The notes under the pieces are model-generated. The model made no database searches and had not been told where the DNA came from. It worked only from the letters and a program-made list of their open reading frames with translations. Shown here piece by piece: positions 19,504-30,316 of a stretch of DNA of 64,000 nucleotides (position 1 is its first letter; each line of letters begins with the position of its first letter). The translations under genes and the position numbers were made by a program. The stretch spans positions 27,922 to 91,921 of the forward strand of contig CAZJVT010000001.1 in the NCBI GenBank assembly GCA_964549935.1. Reading direction: 5' to 3'. The stretch is from an uncultured Candidatus Saccharibacteria bacterium. GTDB taxonomy: Bacteria > Patescibacteriota > Minisyncoccia > UBA6257 > 1-14-0-10-44-23.

Positions 19504-20928
19504 ATGAATTACAACGACGACGCACTCGTACAAGCAACTGTTTCTTCGCACAACGAAGAACCGATGGACGATGCATCGCTCGAACGCTTGTGGCTGTCGG
19601 CTCTTGGAGAGATTGAGATTCAGGTTTCACGACCCAACTTTGTAACCTGGTTTAAAAACAGCCGCTTCCTGCAGAAAAAGGGGAACCTGGCTTGCGTCGG
19701 ACTACCGAACACCTTTGCGAAAGAATGGATTGAAAACAAGTATTCGAAAGTAGTCCTTGGGGCTTTGCGCAACCTGGAGCAGAGCATTATGAAGGTTGAG
19801 TTCGTCGTCGTCGGAAGCAAGGGGGCGCCGGTTAAGGCCCGCCCGGCTATGCCGCGCGCAGAGGAGAGCCAGATGGCCTTCCCGGAGTTCCGTATCGACC
19901 CGGAAACGGGACTTAACCCGCGCTACTCATTTAAATCCTACGTCGTCGGCAAATCCAACGAGCTCGCCTACGCTGCAGCAACGGCCATCGTCGAAGACAT
20001 CGGCAAGAAATACAATCCGCTCTTTATTTATGGCGGCGTCGGCCTCGGCAAGACCCACTTGATGCAGGCGCTCGGTAACGAAATCGCTGCGAAGTACAAC
20101 AACAAGGTCCGTGTGAAGTACACCCCGGCGGAAAAGTTCACCAACGACGTCATCTGGGCAATTAAAAACAAGCGGATGGACACGATTAAGGAGAAGTACC
20201 GCCTTATCGACGTGTTGATTCTCGATGATATCCAGTTCATCGCCGGCAAACAGGCGACCGAAGAGGAGTTCTTCCACACGTTTAACGCGCTGCACGAAAA
20301 CAACAAGCAAATCATCATCTCGTCAGACCGCCCGCCGAAATTTATGCCGGATCTGACCGAGCGCCTACGCTCCCGCTTCGAAGGGGGCATGATTGTGGAT
20401 ATTAGTTATCCAGACTACGAACTCCGCTACGCGGTTCTCAAGACCAAGGCCCAGGAGCGCAACTTGAACCTCCCGGACAACGTCTTCGACCTGCTCGCCA
20501 ACAAGATTCAGCGCAGCCTGCGCGAACTAGAGGGCATCTTAAACAAGATCCAATTCCACCAGCGGGTGAAACAGGTTGAGATAAACCCTGCTGTTGTCGA
20601 AGAGATCCTGGCTGAGATCCTCCAGGAGCCTGTCCGCAGCATCAACCCGAACGTTGTCATCAAGGCCGTAGCGGACTCGTTCGAAATCTCAATCGTCGAA
20701 ATAACCGGCGCTTCCCGCAAGCGGGAATTAGTTGGTCCGCGCCAGATTGCGATGTTTTTGCTCCGCGACATGCTGGATCTTTCATACCCAAATATCGGTG
20801 ACCGCATGGGTAAACGCGACCACACCACGGCTTTGTACGCCTACGAAAAGATTGCGCAGGAGATAAATAAGAACCAAGCGCTCAACCAAAAGATATTAAC
20901 AATCAAGGAGTTAATAACTAAAGAATAA
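19504..20928 (+). CDS. dnaA: chromosomal replication initiator DnaA
   Basis: GGVGLGKTHLMQA Walker A, LILDDIQF box, and C-terminal DNA-binding domain (RQIAMFLLRDM...DHTT). Start at MNYNDD. Confidence 0.9.
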   Translation: MNYNDDALVQATVSSHNEEPMDDASLERLWLSALGEIEIQVSRPNFVTWFKNSRFLQKKGNLACVGLPNTFAKEWIENKYSKVVLGALRNLEQSIMKVEFVVVGSKGAPVKARPAMPRAEESQMAFPEFRIDPETGLNPRYSFKSYVVGKSNELAYAAATAIVEDIGKKYNPLFIYGGVGLGKTHLMQALGNEIAAKYNNKVRVKYTPAEKFTNDVIWAIKNKRMDTIKEKYRLIDVLILDDIQFIAGKQATEEEFFHTFNALHENNKQIIISSDRPPKFMPDLTERLRSRFEGGMIVDISYPDYELRYAVLKTKAQERNLNLPDNVFDLLANKIQRSLRELEGILNKIQFHQRVKQVEINPAVVEEILAEILQEPVRSINPNVVIKAVADSFEISIVEITGASRKRELVGPRQIAMFLLRDMLDLSYPNIGDRMGKRDHTTALYAYEKIAQEINKNQALNQKILTIKELITKE

Positions 20929-21144
20929 GTGTTAATAAGTAGGTCTCGCCTGTGGATAGAAAAGGGGAGTAAAAAGAAAAGTAGAATTCATCCACATTAT
21001 TACTCACGTAGTTCACTTCTCTCTCCACAGAAAATTTCCCTTGTGAGAATCCTAAGAAGCGCCGTATAATCAAGTAAGAAGAACTCTCAGTAAAACTTAT
21101 CCACCAATTCCACAGCCTCTTCTATTACTACTGTTTCTTTATTT
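20929..21144. promoter_or_regulatory. probable oriC (dnaA-dnaN intergenic) with clustered DnaA-box-like 9-mers
   Basis: TGTGGATAG (20951-59, reverse), TCATCCACA (20988-96), CTCTCCACA (21021-29) and TTATCCACC (21097-105), each within 1-2 mismatches of TTATCCACA, plus an AT-rich tail before dnaN. Confidence 0.5.
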
Positions 21145-22257
21145 ATGAAATTAATAATACTTAGGAGCAACCTGAAAGAAGTACTCTCGTCTGTGGAAAG
21201 AGTGGCTACCGACAACCCGACACTACCGGTTTTAAAGCATGTTGTTTTACGAGTTGATACTCGACTGACGATTCAGGCGACGAACTTAGAGATTGGGATT
21301 ACGGCGGTCACAAGTGCAAAAATTACTGAACAGGGTAGCTTGTCGGTGCCGTTTGCGCCGCTCTATAGCATTATTACTAACAGCACGAGCGATCGTATCG
21401 TGCTCGAATCAACCGAAAACACGCTCACTGTCGCGACGGATAACTATCAGGCGAAGATTCAGGGGATGTCTGCGGATGAGTTTCCGATCATTCCGAAGCT
21501 TCAAGACGAGTCTAATAGTATCGAGGTTTCAACTGATTCATTTAAGACTGCACTGATGCAGATTATTAGTGCCGCCGCCACCAACGACTTCAAGCCAGAG
21601 CTAAATGCGGTTCTTTTACATCTTTCTGCCGGTGTTTTAAAGCTTGTAGCGACTGACGGATTCCGCCTAGCCGAGAAGACATTTTCGACTAATGCTTTCG
21701 GCACGACAATCCACGACGAAGTGAAGGCACTTATCCCTCTTAAAACGGTCCAGGAGGTGATGAGAATCTTCCCAGCGGGCGAACAGCTCTCAATCGCGTT
21801 CGACGCGAACCAGGTCCTTTTAAAGGCCAAAGACACCGCCCTTATCAGCCGCCTCATCGACGGCAACTATCCGGAGTACGCCGCGATTATTCCGAAGACG
21901 CTCACAACCGAACTTTCTATCGAGCGCGACCAACTTGCCAATGCGATTAAGCTCGTGAGTAACTTTTCCGGCAAAACGAGCGACATCGTCGCCAAGATTA
22001 ATGACGAAGCTAAGTCACTGGAGATTTTTGCCTCCAGCCAACTACTCGGCGAAAACGCCTACCAGGTTCCTATTAAGAAAAAGAAGCTTGAGGGTATTAG
22101 CAAGGCGACGTTTAACTGGAAGTATCTACTCGACGCCGTTAAGGCGATGCCGGATCCGACCATTACCATTGGTATGACAGGGGAGACCCGCCCGGTAGTG
22201 ATTAAGTCCGGCGGCGACGATTCGATTTTCTACGTGGTGATGCCGATACAAGCTTAA
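21145..22257 (+). CDS. dnaN: DNA polymerase III beta sliding clamp
   Basis: 370 aa following dnaA. N-terminus MKLIILRSNLKEVLSSVERVATDNPTLPVLKHVVLRV is typical. Confidence 0.85.
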   Translation: MKLIILRSNLKEVLSSVERVATDNPTLPVLKHVVLRVDTRLTIQATNLEIGITAVTSAKITEQGSLSVPFAPLYSIITNSTSDRIVLESTENTLTVATDNYQAKIQGMSADEFPIIPKLQDESNSIEVSTDSFKTALMQIISAAATNDFKPELNAVLLHLSAGVLKLVATDGFRLAEKTFSTNAFGTTIHDEVKALIPLKTVQEVMRIFPAGEQLSIAFDANQVLLKAKDTALISRLIDGNYPEYAAIIPKTLTTELSIERDQLANAIKLVSNFSGKTSDIVAKINDEAKSLEIFASSQLLGENAYQVPIKKKKLEGISKATFNWKYLLDAVKAMPDPTITIGMTGETRPVVIKSGGDDSIFYVVMPIQA

Positions 22258-22261
22258 GGGC

Positions 22262-24739
22262 TTAGCGGTACATAATCACCTCGCTTTGGATGAGGCCACC
22301 GGTCGTTTCCGTGGCGACGAGCCTTACGGTGTTTTGTGGCTGCGCATTGCTGACTGCGAGAGAGGCCTGATAGTGGTAGGAGTTGCCGAGAGTGCCGACG
22401 CGCGTGTCGATGAGGGCGTTATTAAAGTACACTTCGAGTTTCGCAACGCCGCGGTCAGAGGAGAGGATGGCGTCGATAGGAAGCTGCGAGCCGCGCAGGA
22501 AGTCGCCAGCTTTTGGCGCGGAGATAACAATGATGCCGCTACCGATCTGGCCGTTTGGCGTTGAGGTTGCGTCGGTAAGCTGCGTGGTGTCGACAAGCGT
22601 GGCGCCCGGCGGGATAGGAGCGTTAGCGGTAACGCCAGGCTGGAAACCCGGAATCGAAGAAGCTGCCCACGCCAGCACGCCCGTTTCCCAGTTGTTAAAC
22701 TGTGGGTCATTTTCCGGATGCGCGGGGAGCGGGCCAAGCGGGTTGCGTTTGTCGACGTAGTACAAAATATCGTGGAGCTGGGGGTAGAGCTGCGAGCCAA
22801 GCTGGTAGAAGGCGAGGTGGTTCCCGTTAAGCATCGGCTTACTGACCACGACCGGCGCCGGCGGGTTAAAGCTCTCGCTCGGGCGAAGCGGCAGAGCATC
22901 GCGCAGGAAGGCGCTTAAAATTGGCACAGCGGCCAAGATACTGCCACCTTTGCGCTCCATCGGCACATTGTCGTTGTTGCCCGCCCAGACACCGGCGACG
23001 AGGTTCGGAGTGTAGCCGATGGACCAGGCGTCACGGTAGTCATTAGTCGTACCGGTTTTGAGCGCGACGTCGTAGCCTTCGAAGGTCGTTAAATTGAGAC
23101 TGGCCTGGAAGAGCGGAGAACGGGCCTTGGCGTCAGCGAGAATGTCGTTGATGGTGCGGACGGGCTCTGAGTCGACTATCGGCTCGGCCTTGTCCTGGTA
23201 ACTTTCGAGTACCCGGCCCTTTTGGTCGGTCACCGAAAGGATTGTTTGCGCCTCGTGTTTCACGCCGTCCTGCGCCAAAATACTGTAGGCACCGACGAGC
23301 TCGTCGAGGTGGACCTCGCCACCTCCGAGGACGAGCGAGAGACCAAAGCGGCTGCGGTCATTCAGCGTGGTGATACCGTAGGACTGGAGTTGGTCTAAGA
23401 AGTTGTTGATGCCGACGAGGTAGAGCGTCTTAACGGCCGAGATGTTGATTGACTGAGCGAGCGAGTCACGGAAATTAATCGGTCCGTTAAATGAGCCCTC
23501 GTAGTCCTGCGGGCGGTAGCTCTTAGTCGGGTCGTTGGTTGTGTTGAACTCCGTATCAACGTCAAAAAGTACGGTTGACTCTGGATAGCCAAGCTCGAGG
23601 GCGGCGAGGTAGACGAAGGGCTTGAGGGCTGAACCCGGTTGACGAGCGCCCTGCGTCGCGACGTTAAACTGACCGTCAATTTGTTTGTCGAAGTAGTTGC
23701 GACTGCCAACCATCGCCAGGATTTGTCCAGTCTTTGGGTCCTCGACGACCATCGCGGCGTTAGTACCTTTGTAGAGTTCCGTGTTGCGCGCAGCTCCGGC
23801 AGCGACGGCTTTTTCTGCCGCAGTCTGCAGGTCGACGTCGAGCGTGGTGATTACCTTAAGTCCGGCACGGCGGACAAAGTCCTCGCCGTAGGTCGCCTCG
23901 AGTTGATCTTTGATGCCGAAAACAAAGTGCGGGGCGATGCCGAGGTTGCTAAGCTGCGTGAACTGTAGCTTAGCTTTCTGGGCCGTCTGCATCTGTTCGA
24001 GCGTGATGTAGCCCTGCTGCTCCATGCGCGTGAGCGCCAGGTCTTTGCGTGCCAGCAGCTCCTTCACATGGTTGCCAAACGGGGAGTAGTAGCTCGGTGC
24101 GTTTGGGACTGCCGCAAGAAGGGCGGACTCGGCGAGGGTTAAATCTTTGGCGGATTTCTGAAAGTAGGTTTGCGCGGCTGATTCAATGCCGTAGGCGTTG
24201 CTGCCATAAGGGATTTGGTTAAGATACAGCTCGAGGATCTGGTCCTTCGTAAAGGCCTGCTCAAGCTTGTAGGCGATCAAAAGTTCTTTTAGTTTGCGGG
24301 TGAAGGTGCGCTCGTCCGACAAGAAAGCTTTCTTGGCGAGCTGCTGGGTAATGGTCGAACCGCCCTGTGAGAGGCTGCCGCTTCTTAGGTTGATAAGGAC
24401 GGCGCGCAGCAGCGCATTAAAGTCGAGCGCGGAGTGTTTATAAAACTCACCGTCTTCAAGGGCGATAGTGGCCTGCTTGACGCTGGCCGGGATTTCTTCA
24501 AATGGTACGACGGTGCGCTTTTCTTCTCCGTAGATTTCGTACAGCAACTTAGTCCCGGTGCGGTCGTAGATCTTGGTCGACTGGCTGACCTCTCGGTTTT
24601 GGAGTAGCGTGAGCGAGGGGAGCTGCGAAAAGGCGCTGGCGACAAAAAGCGCCCCGGCTATTGCGCAAAGGACGGCTGCGGCGAAAAGGGTCCAGAAAAT
24701 GTGCTTAAAACGAAGGCGTTTGAGGCGGTGCATAATCAC
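22262..24739 (-). CDS. class A penicillin-binding protein (transglycosylase + transpeptidase)
   Basis: GT51 motifs (EDGEFYKH, GGSTITQQLAKK), transpeptidase motifs, and an N-terminal anchor. Confidence 0.8.
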   Translation of the reverse strand: MIMHRLKRLRFKHIFWTLFAAAVLCAIAGALFVASAFSQLPSLTLLQNREVSQSTKIYDRTGTKLLYEIYGEEKRTVVPFEEIPASVKQATIALEDGEFYKHSALDFNALLRAVLINLRSGSLSQGGSTITQQLAKKAFLSDERTFTRKLKELLIAYKLEQAFTKDQILELYLNQIPYGSNAYGIESAAQTYFQKSAKDLTLAESALLAAVPNAPSYYSPFGNHVKELLARKDLALTRMEQQGYITLEQMQTAQKAKLQFTQLSNLGIAPHFVFGIKDQLEATYGEDFVRRAGLKVITTLDVDLQTAAEKAVAAGAARNTELYKGTNAAMVVEDPKTGQILAMVGSRNYFDKQIDGQFNVATQGARQPGSALKPFVYLAALELGYPESTVLFDVDTEFNTTNDPTKSYRPQDYEGSFNGPINFRDSLAQSINISAVKTLYLVGINNFLDQLQSYGITTLNDRSRFGLSLVLGGGEVHLDELVGAYSILAQDGVKHEAQTILSVTDQKGRVLESYQDKAEPIVDSEPVRTINDILADAKARSPLFQASLNLTTFEGYDVALKTGTTNDYRDAWSIGYTPNLVAGVWAGNNDNVPMERKGGSILAAVPILSAFLRDALPLRPSESFNPPAPVVVSKPMLNGNHLAFYQLGSQLYPQLHDILYYVDKRNPLGPLPAHPENDPQFNNWETGVLAWAASSIPGFQPGVTANAPIPPGATLVDTTQLTDATSTPNGQIGSGIIVISAPKAGDFLRGSQLPIDAILSSDRGVAKLEVYFNNALIDTRVGTLGNSYHYQASLAVSNAQPQNTVRLVATETTGGLIQSEVIMYR

Positions 24740-24767
24740 CGTATTCTACAACAAAACCGGCAAATTA

Positions 24768-24789
24768 TAAAGCCCCTCGGTAGGGGCTT
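24768..24789 (-). terminator. rho-independent terminator after acidic-protein gene
   Basis: aaagcccctCGGTaggggcttt hairpin with a T-run on the minus strand. Confidence 0.55.
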
Positions 24790-24809
24790 TATATGAGGCT
24801 CTAAAGAGT

Positions 24810-25013
24810 TTACTCTGACTCGACTTCGCTATCGTCGTCACTCAATTTGTCGTCTTCGTCATCGTCATCATCACCCTCAATACTGAAGCCATCCAAGTCC
24901 TCCGAATCGTCATCATCGTCGACGAGGTCATCCTCATCGTCATCGTTATTGCCGGCTGCTACTGCGAGGTTGGCTTTCTTGATGAGGTCTAAGTCAGCTG
25001 CTAATGCTTTCAT
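24810..25013 (-). CDS. small highly acidic protein (67 aa)
   Basis: MKALAADLDLIKKANLAVAAGNNDDDEDDLVDDDDD... Start chosen downstream of the consensus promoter. Confidence 0.4.
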   Translation of the reverse strand: MKALAADLDLIKKANLAVAAGNNDDDEDDLVDDDDDSEDLDGFSIEGDDDDDEDDKLSDDDSEVESE

Positions 25014-25047
25014 AGTCTTTTTGATAATAGTGAATTTGAATACCACC

Positions 25048-25075
25048 ATTATAGTAATCAAGACCCATGTGTCAA
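25048..25075 (-). promoter_or_regulatory. consensus sigma70-type promoter (TTGACA-16-TATAAT)
   Basis: Minus-strand TTGACA at 25075-25070 and TATAAT at 25053-25048. Confidence 0.45.
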
Positions 25076-25113
25076 CCCACGAAAGGCGATGGGCGTGTGG
25101 AAAACTATTTTAA

Positions 25114-25599
25114 CTATCTCCCAAGGCCGGCAAGTTTGACCTGGTTTGAGGTCGTTATCGCAATCGCCAGAGCGTCGACGGCGTTGTCGTCACCATCAAT
25201 ATCGCTGAGGTTGAGTAGGCGCAGCACCATTTTGCGGATCATTTCTTTGTCGGCCGCGCCGTAGTTGGTAATCGCAACTTTGACCTCCGCCGGAGTGAAC
25301 TCCATGATGGGAAGTCTCTGTTCGAGCAGGGTTACGATGATGACGCCGCGGGCCTGAGCGACCTCAAGCGCCGTTTTTTTGTTCGCCGCAAAAAATAATT
25401 TCTCCACGCCGCAGAGATCCGGTTTGTACTTTTTGACAATGGCCTGCGTTTCTTTTTGAATGAGAGCTAATTTGCCCAGCAGGTCCTTGGCTTTGATTTT
25501 TGTCGTGCCGTAGATGATCGATTTGAGTGAGCTACCCTCCGCTTCAATAACCGCGTAGCCCATCGAGGTCGAGCCGGGATCAATTCCTAAAATGCGCAT
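25114..25599 (-). CDS. ruvC: Holliday junction resolvase RuvC
   Basis: MRILGIDPGSTSMGYAVIE... with catalytic acidic residues. 161 aa. Confidence 0.85.
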   Translation of the reverse strand: MRILGIDPGSTSMGYAVIEAEGSSLKSIIYGTTKIKAKDLLGKLALIQKETQAIVKKYKPDLCGVEKLFFAANKKTALEVAQARGVIIVTLLEQRLPIMEFTPAEVKVAITNYGAADKEMIRKMVLRLLNLSDIDGDDNAVDALAIAITTSNQVKLAGLGR

Positions 25600-25602
25600 A
25601 CG

Positions 25603-26151
25603 TTAGAGCGCGTTAGTCGCGACACGTTGGACGTCGTCGTGTTCTTCGAGGCCGGCGATGATGGTTGCGAGCAGTTCTTTTGCCTCCGCAGAAATTTCTT
25701 GCGGGAACTTCGGCTTGTAGTGGCGAGTTGGTACACCATTGATTGGACCTTCGACAAACTCAAATCCCCAAAGCGTGCTGCCCGGGTCCGCCGACTTCGC
25801 GCCGAGCTCCTCGGCGAGGGTGCGCATCTGCTGCAGCGTGCGGTTGCTACTGTCAGTGATACCCTCGACGATCATCAGCGAGCCCTCCGGGCCGATACAC
25901 TCGAATACAAATTCTTTTAAATCTTTTTGTTCTTTGGCGCGGCTGATGGCGCGCTGGATATTTTCATTCGGGACCGAAGAGGCCTTGGCGGTTTCAATCA
26001 GCGTGCGCAGGCGGGGATTGGTTTCGGGACTCGGGTCGGCCTTGGCGGCGATAGAAATTGCGCCAAGAACTTTCGTAAAAATCGCGCTCTTTTTAGCGTC
26101 TTTGGCTCCTTTTTGATGTTTTATTTGACTCCACTTATTATGCCCGCTCAT
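25603..26151 (-). CDS. YebC/PmpR-family transcriptional regulator (compact, 182 aa)
   Basis: MSGHNKWSQIKHQKGAKDAKKSAIFTKV... with a C-terminal EEHDDVQRV motif. Confidence 0.8.
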   Translation of the reverse strand: MSGHNKWSQIKHQKGAKDAKKSAIFTKVLGAISIAAKADPSPETNPRLRTLIETAKASSVPNENIQRAISRAKEQKDLKEFVFECIGPEGSLMIVEGITDSSNRTLQQMRTLAEELGAKSADPGSTLWGFEFVEGPINGVPTRHYKPKFPQEISAEAKELLATIIAGLEEHDDVQRVATNAL

Positions 26152-26621
26152 GAGGTTGTAAATAAAACTATCTTTTTGTGGGGGACAAGCTCCTTGCCGT
26201 CGCGATAACAGACCTCTATGACGTACGCAGCGAGTGAGTGCGAGCCAACGGTGATCGCTTCTGCGAGAGGAGCGAGGCGACGGACGCGGATGAGGCCGTC
26301 CGGCAGCGTATCCATTCGAAGCTTGAGTTGGTCCACCTTGTCTAAAATACTTTCTGCCGCTTCGTCGTAAAGATACTCTGGCGCGCTGCTGCTTCGTTCC
26401 GGTGCGACGACTCCGAGCGCAGCGTACATTTCATGAAGCGGGACAGAGACTGAGCTTGGGCCGTTTTTAAAGGTCAGTGTCTCAGGCTCGCCGGCATCAG
26501 TTCTTGAAATGGCAAAGCCTGCGGACTTGCCCTCCCGCAACTTCAGAAGAATCTTTGTCTTAATAACTTCCGCCACGCCGCTGACGCGCTCAGGTTTGCG
26601 GAACTCTCTTTCGATTGCCAT
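26148..26621 (-). CDS. hypothetical protein (157 aa) co-operonic with yebC-ruvC
   Basis: ORF overlaps the yebC start by 4 nt. No recognisable motif. Confidence 0.4.
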   Translation of the reverse strand: MAIEREFRKPERVSGVAEVIKTKILLKLREGKSAGFAISRTDAGEPETLTFKNGPSSVSVPLHEMYAALGVVAPERSSSAPEYLYDEAAESILDKVDQLKLRMDTLPDGLIRVRRLAPLAEAITVGSHSLAAYVIEVCYRDGKELVPHKKIVLFTTS

Positions 26622-26692
26622 AGGTTCATTATTTCGTAGCTGGGGCCAAAGTCAATGATGCTGAGTTTCTCTGCTATTATTAGAGTAATCAG

Positions 26693-28380
<1,688 letters not shown>

Positions 28381-28384
<4 letters not shown>

Positions 28385-28410
28385 TTAGTAGACAGTAGAT
28401 AGTAGACAGC
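28381..28410. repeat. heptamer array (GTAGNNA)x4 + GC at the pilB stop
   Basis: gtagttagtagacagtagatagtagacagc. The first TAG is the pilB stop codon. Confidence 0.55.
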
Positions 28411-28819
28411 ATGGGGCGGGGGCAAGCTGATAAAAAGCAGGAGAGTTTTTGTAATGAAATAAAAGGTAGCTCGGCTTTTTTCCTAGGGAGTAGCGAAAGA
28501 TGCCTCCAGGCGTCGAGTCTGGTGCTCTTCTGATGTTCTATGAAGCCCTGAAGACCGGAGCGGGAGCTCCGCAGTTCAGAGAGCTAGAATTTTTTAATAG
28601 AATATAAAAAGCCGCGCGGATTAACCTCTGTGCGGCCTCCCTACAAATAGAAACAACAATTAGGAGTTAGGAGGCAGGAGAAGTAGCAGCAAGGCAAAGG
28701 CATTTCGGGCGCTCTATAAGCTATCCACAGGTTATCCAGTGTGGTGCTTTGACATATTTTCCGCGTGATATACTAATTTCACGTTTTGATGACCTCTACC
28801 ATTATAGAGGTAGGGGGGC

Positions 28820-28848
28820 TTGACAAATAGGTAGATTGGTGCTATACT
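28820..28848 (+). promoter_or_regulatory. consensus sigma70-type promoter TTGACA-17-TATACT
   Basis: TTGACA at 28820-25, a 17-nt spacer, and TATACT at 28843-48. Confidence 0.45.
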
Positions 28849-28895
28849 GTATCTTAGAAGGGGTGCGCTACGTACCCTTACTACTTTGTTCTTTT

Positions 28896-29064
28896 AAAAC
28901 CGCATAGTAGTGGGCAAAATGGAATGACCCGTTGAATTGGACGACTTGGCTCCGGCTGGGGCGCTCCTCAACTTTATTCTTGGTTTCTTTTTAGATTTTC
29001 TAAGAAAGAACTTTTTATCAGTTTCCTCCCCAGGTGCTGATTTTGCCCACTACTATGCGGTTTT
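28896..29064. repeat. 169-bp element bounded by perfect 25-bp inverted repeats (MITE-like or long closing helix of a structured RNA)
   Basis: AAAACCGCATAGTAGTGGGCAAAAT (28896-28920) is the exact reverse complement of 29040-29064. The interior holds further palindromes. Confidence 0.55.
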
Positions 29065-29227
29065 GCATTTGCGAGGGCCTTCGCAGAGATGCTCGAATTT
29101 CTCAAGAACGGCAGGGGAACCTTTTACTGCCGTCTATGAGAAATTCGGGCATCTTCGATTTTTGCGCAAATGCAAAACCGAAGTCGTAGCGGTTCTGCGA
29201 TTGCGCTATCGGCGCAGCGCGGAAGGT

Positions 29228-29252
29228 AGCCGCCTTTGGCGGCTTTTTATAT
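29228..29252 (+). terminator. rho-independent terminator
   Basis: agccgccTTTggcggct hairpin followed by TTTTTAT. Confidence 0.5.
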
Positions 29253-29294
29253 TTGGTGCTTTTGGGAGAGAAGCTATATACTCAAGTTACGAAT

Positions 29295-30314
29295 ATGGCT
29301 GAAAAGAAGCTTAAGCAAGACAACGGGGAGCCCATTGATGACCGCGCCATAGACGTTATTTTGCGCCCAAGTAGCTGGGACGAGTACGTCGGGCAGGAGA
29401 AGGTCAAAAAGAACCTGCGCGTCATTTTGCAGGCTGCTATGCAGCGCGGTGAGAGCTGCGACCATCTGTTGTTTTTTGGTCAGGCCGGACTTGGCAAAAC
29501 GACGCTGGCCAACTTGGTCGCGCGCGAACTTGGCGCAAATTTAAAAACGACCTCCGGTCCGGCGATTGAAAAAATGGGTGACCTCGCCGCTGTGCTGACC
29601 AACCTTTCGAAAGGGGACGTATTATTTATCGACGAGATCCACCGCCTGAACCGACTCATCGAAGAGGTTTTGTATCCGGCGATGGAGAGTCGTAAACTCC
29701 ACCTGATTGTTGGTAAGGGCCCAGGCGCGCGGACAGTCACGCTCGACCTGCCACCGTTTACTTTAATTGCGGCGACGACACGGCCAAACTTAATTTCTGC
29801 GCCGCTACGTTCGCGTTTTGGCGCGACCTTTAAACTTGATTATTACGAGCAGCCGGACATCGAGCTCATCGTAAAACGCAGCGCGAAGATGTTTGATTTA
29901 AATATTAGCCCGGAGGCACTTCAGATTATCGCCGAGGCCTCGCGCTTCACGCCGCGTACGGCCAACAGATTGCTGCGCCGCGTGCGCGACTACGCGCAGG
30001 TACATTACAAGGAGTTGATTGACGCTGATGCTGCGCAGAAGACGCTCGAGATGTTGGAGATTGATAACCTGGGGCTTGAGCCGCACGACCGCAGAATTTT
30101 AGAAGTACTCATCGACAAGTTCCACGGTGGACCGGTCGGGCTCTCGACGCTGGCCGCGGCATTTAACGAGGACAAGGGGACTATTGAGGATGTGTACGAG
30201 CCGTACCTGATGAGCATCGGACTCCTCGTTCGCACACCGTCAGGACGACGCGCAACCGAGAAGGCCTATGACCACCTGGGTAAGTTAGATGGCAATCAAC
30301 CAAAGCTTAGCTAG
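29295..30314 (+). CDS. ruvB: Holliday junction branch-migration helicase RuvB
   Basis: LRPSSWDEYVGQEKVKKNL, Walker A GQAGLGKTTLA, Walker B DEIHRL, and a C-terminal winged helix. Confidence 0.9.
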   Translation: MAEKKLKQDNGEPIDDRAIDVILRPSSWDEYVGQEKVKKNLRVILQAAMQRGESCDHLLFFGQAGLGKTTLANLVARELGANLKTTSGPAIEKMGDLAAVLTNLSKGDVLFIDEIHRLNRLIEEVLYPAMESRKLHLIVGKGPGARTVTLDLPPFTLIAATTRPNLISAPLRSRFGATFKLDYYEQPDIELIVKRSAKMFDLNISPEALQIIAEASRFTPRTANRLLRRVRDYAQVHYKELIDADAAQKTLEMLEIDNLGLEPHDRRILEVLIDKFHGGPVGLSTLAAAFNEDKGTIEDVYEPYLMSIGLLVRTPSGRRATEKAYDHLGKLDGNQPKLS

Positions 30315-30316
30315 CC

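Noticed and set aside
22324-22899. Several 100-190-aa ORFs on both strands inside the PBP1A gene
   Set aside because: Low-complexity, Arg/Ser/Thr-rich translations typical of out-of-frame reads of a real gene. PBP1A motifs occupy the long minus-strand frame.
28385-29294. RNase P RNA, SRP RNA or tmRNA in the long noncoding region
   Set aside because: No P4-type GGAAAGTCCGG, no GGTAAGAGC or ACAGAA motifs, no tRNA-like T-loop, and no SRP domain-IV consensus. tmRNA was found elsewhere (51280-51607).
28937-29302. 121-aa plus-strand ORF across the inverted-repeat element
   Set aside because: It runs through the 25-bp inverted repeat and terminator, has no SD or coding-like composition, and overlaps the ruvB start. 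Treated as noncoding.
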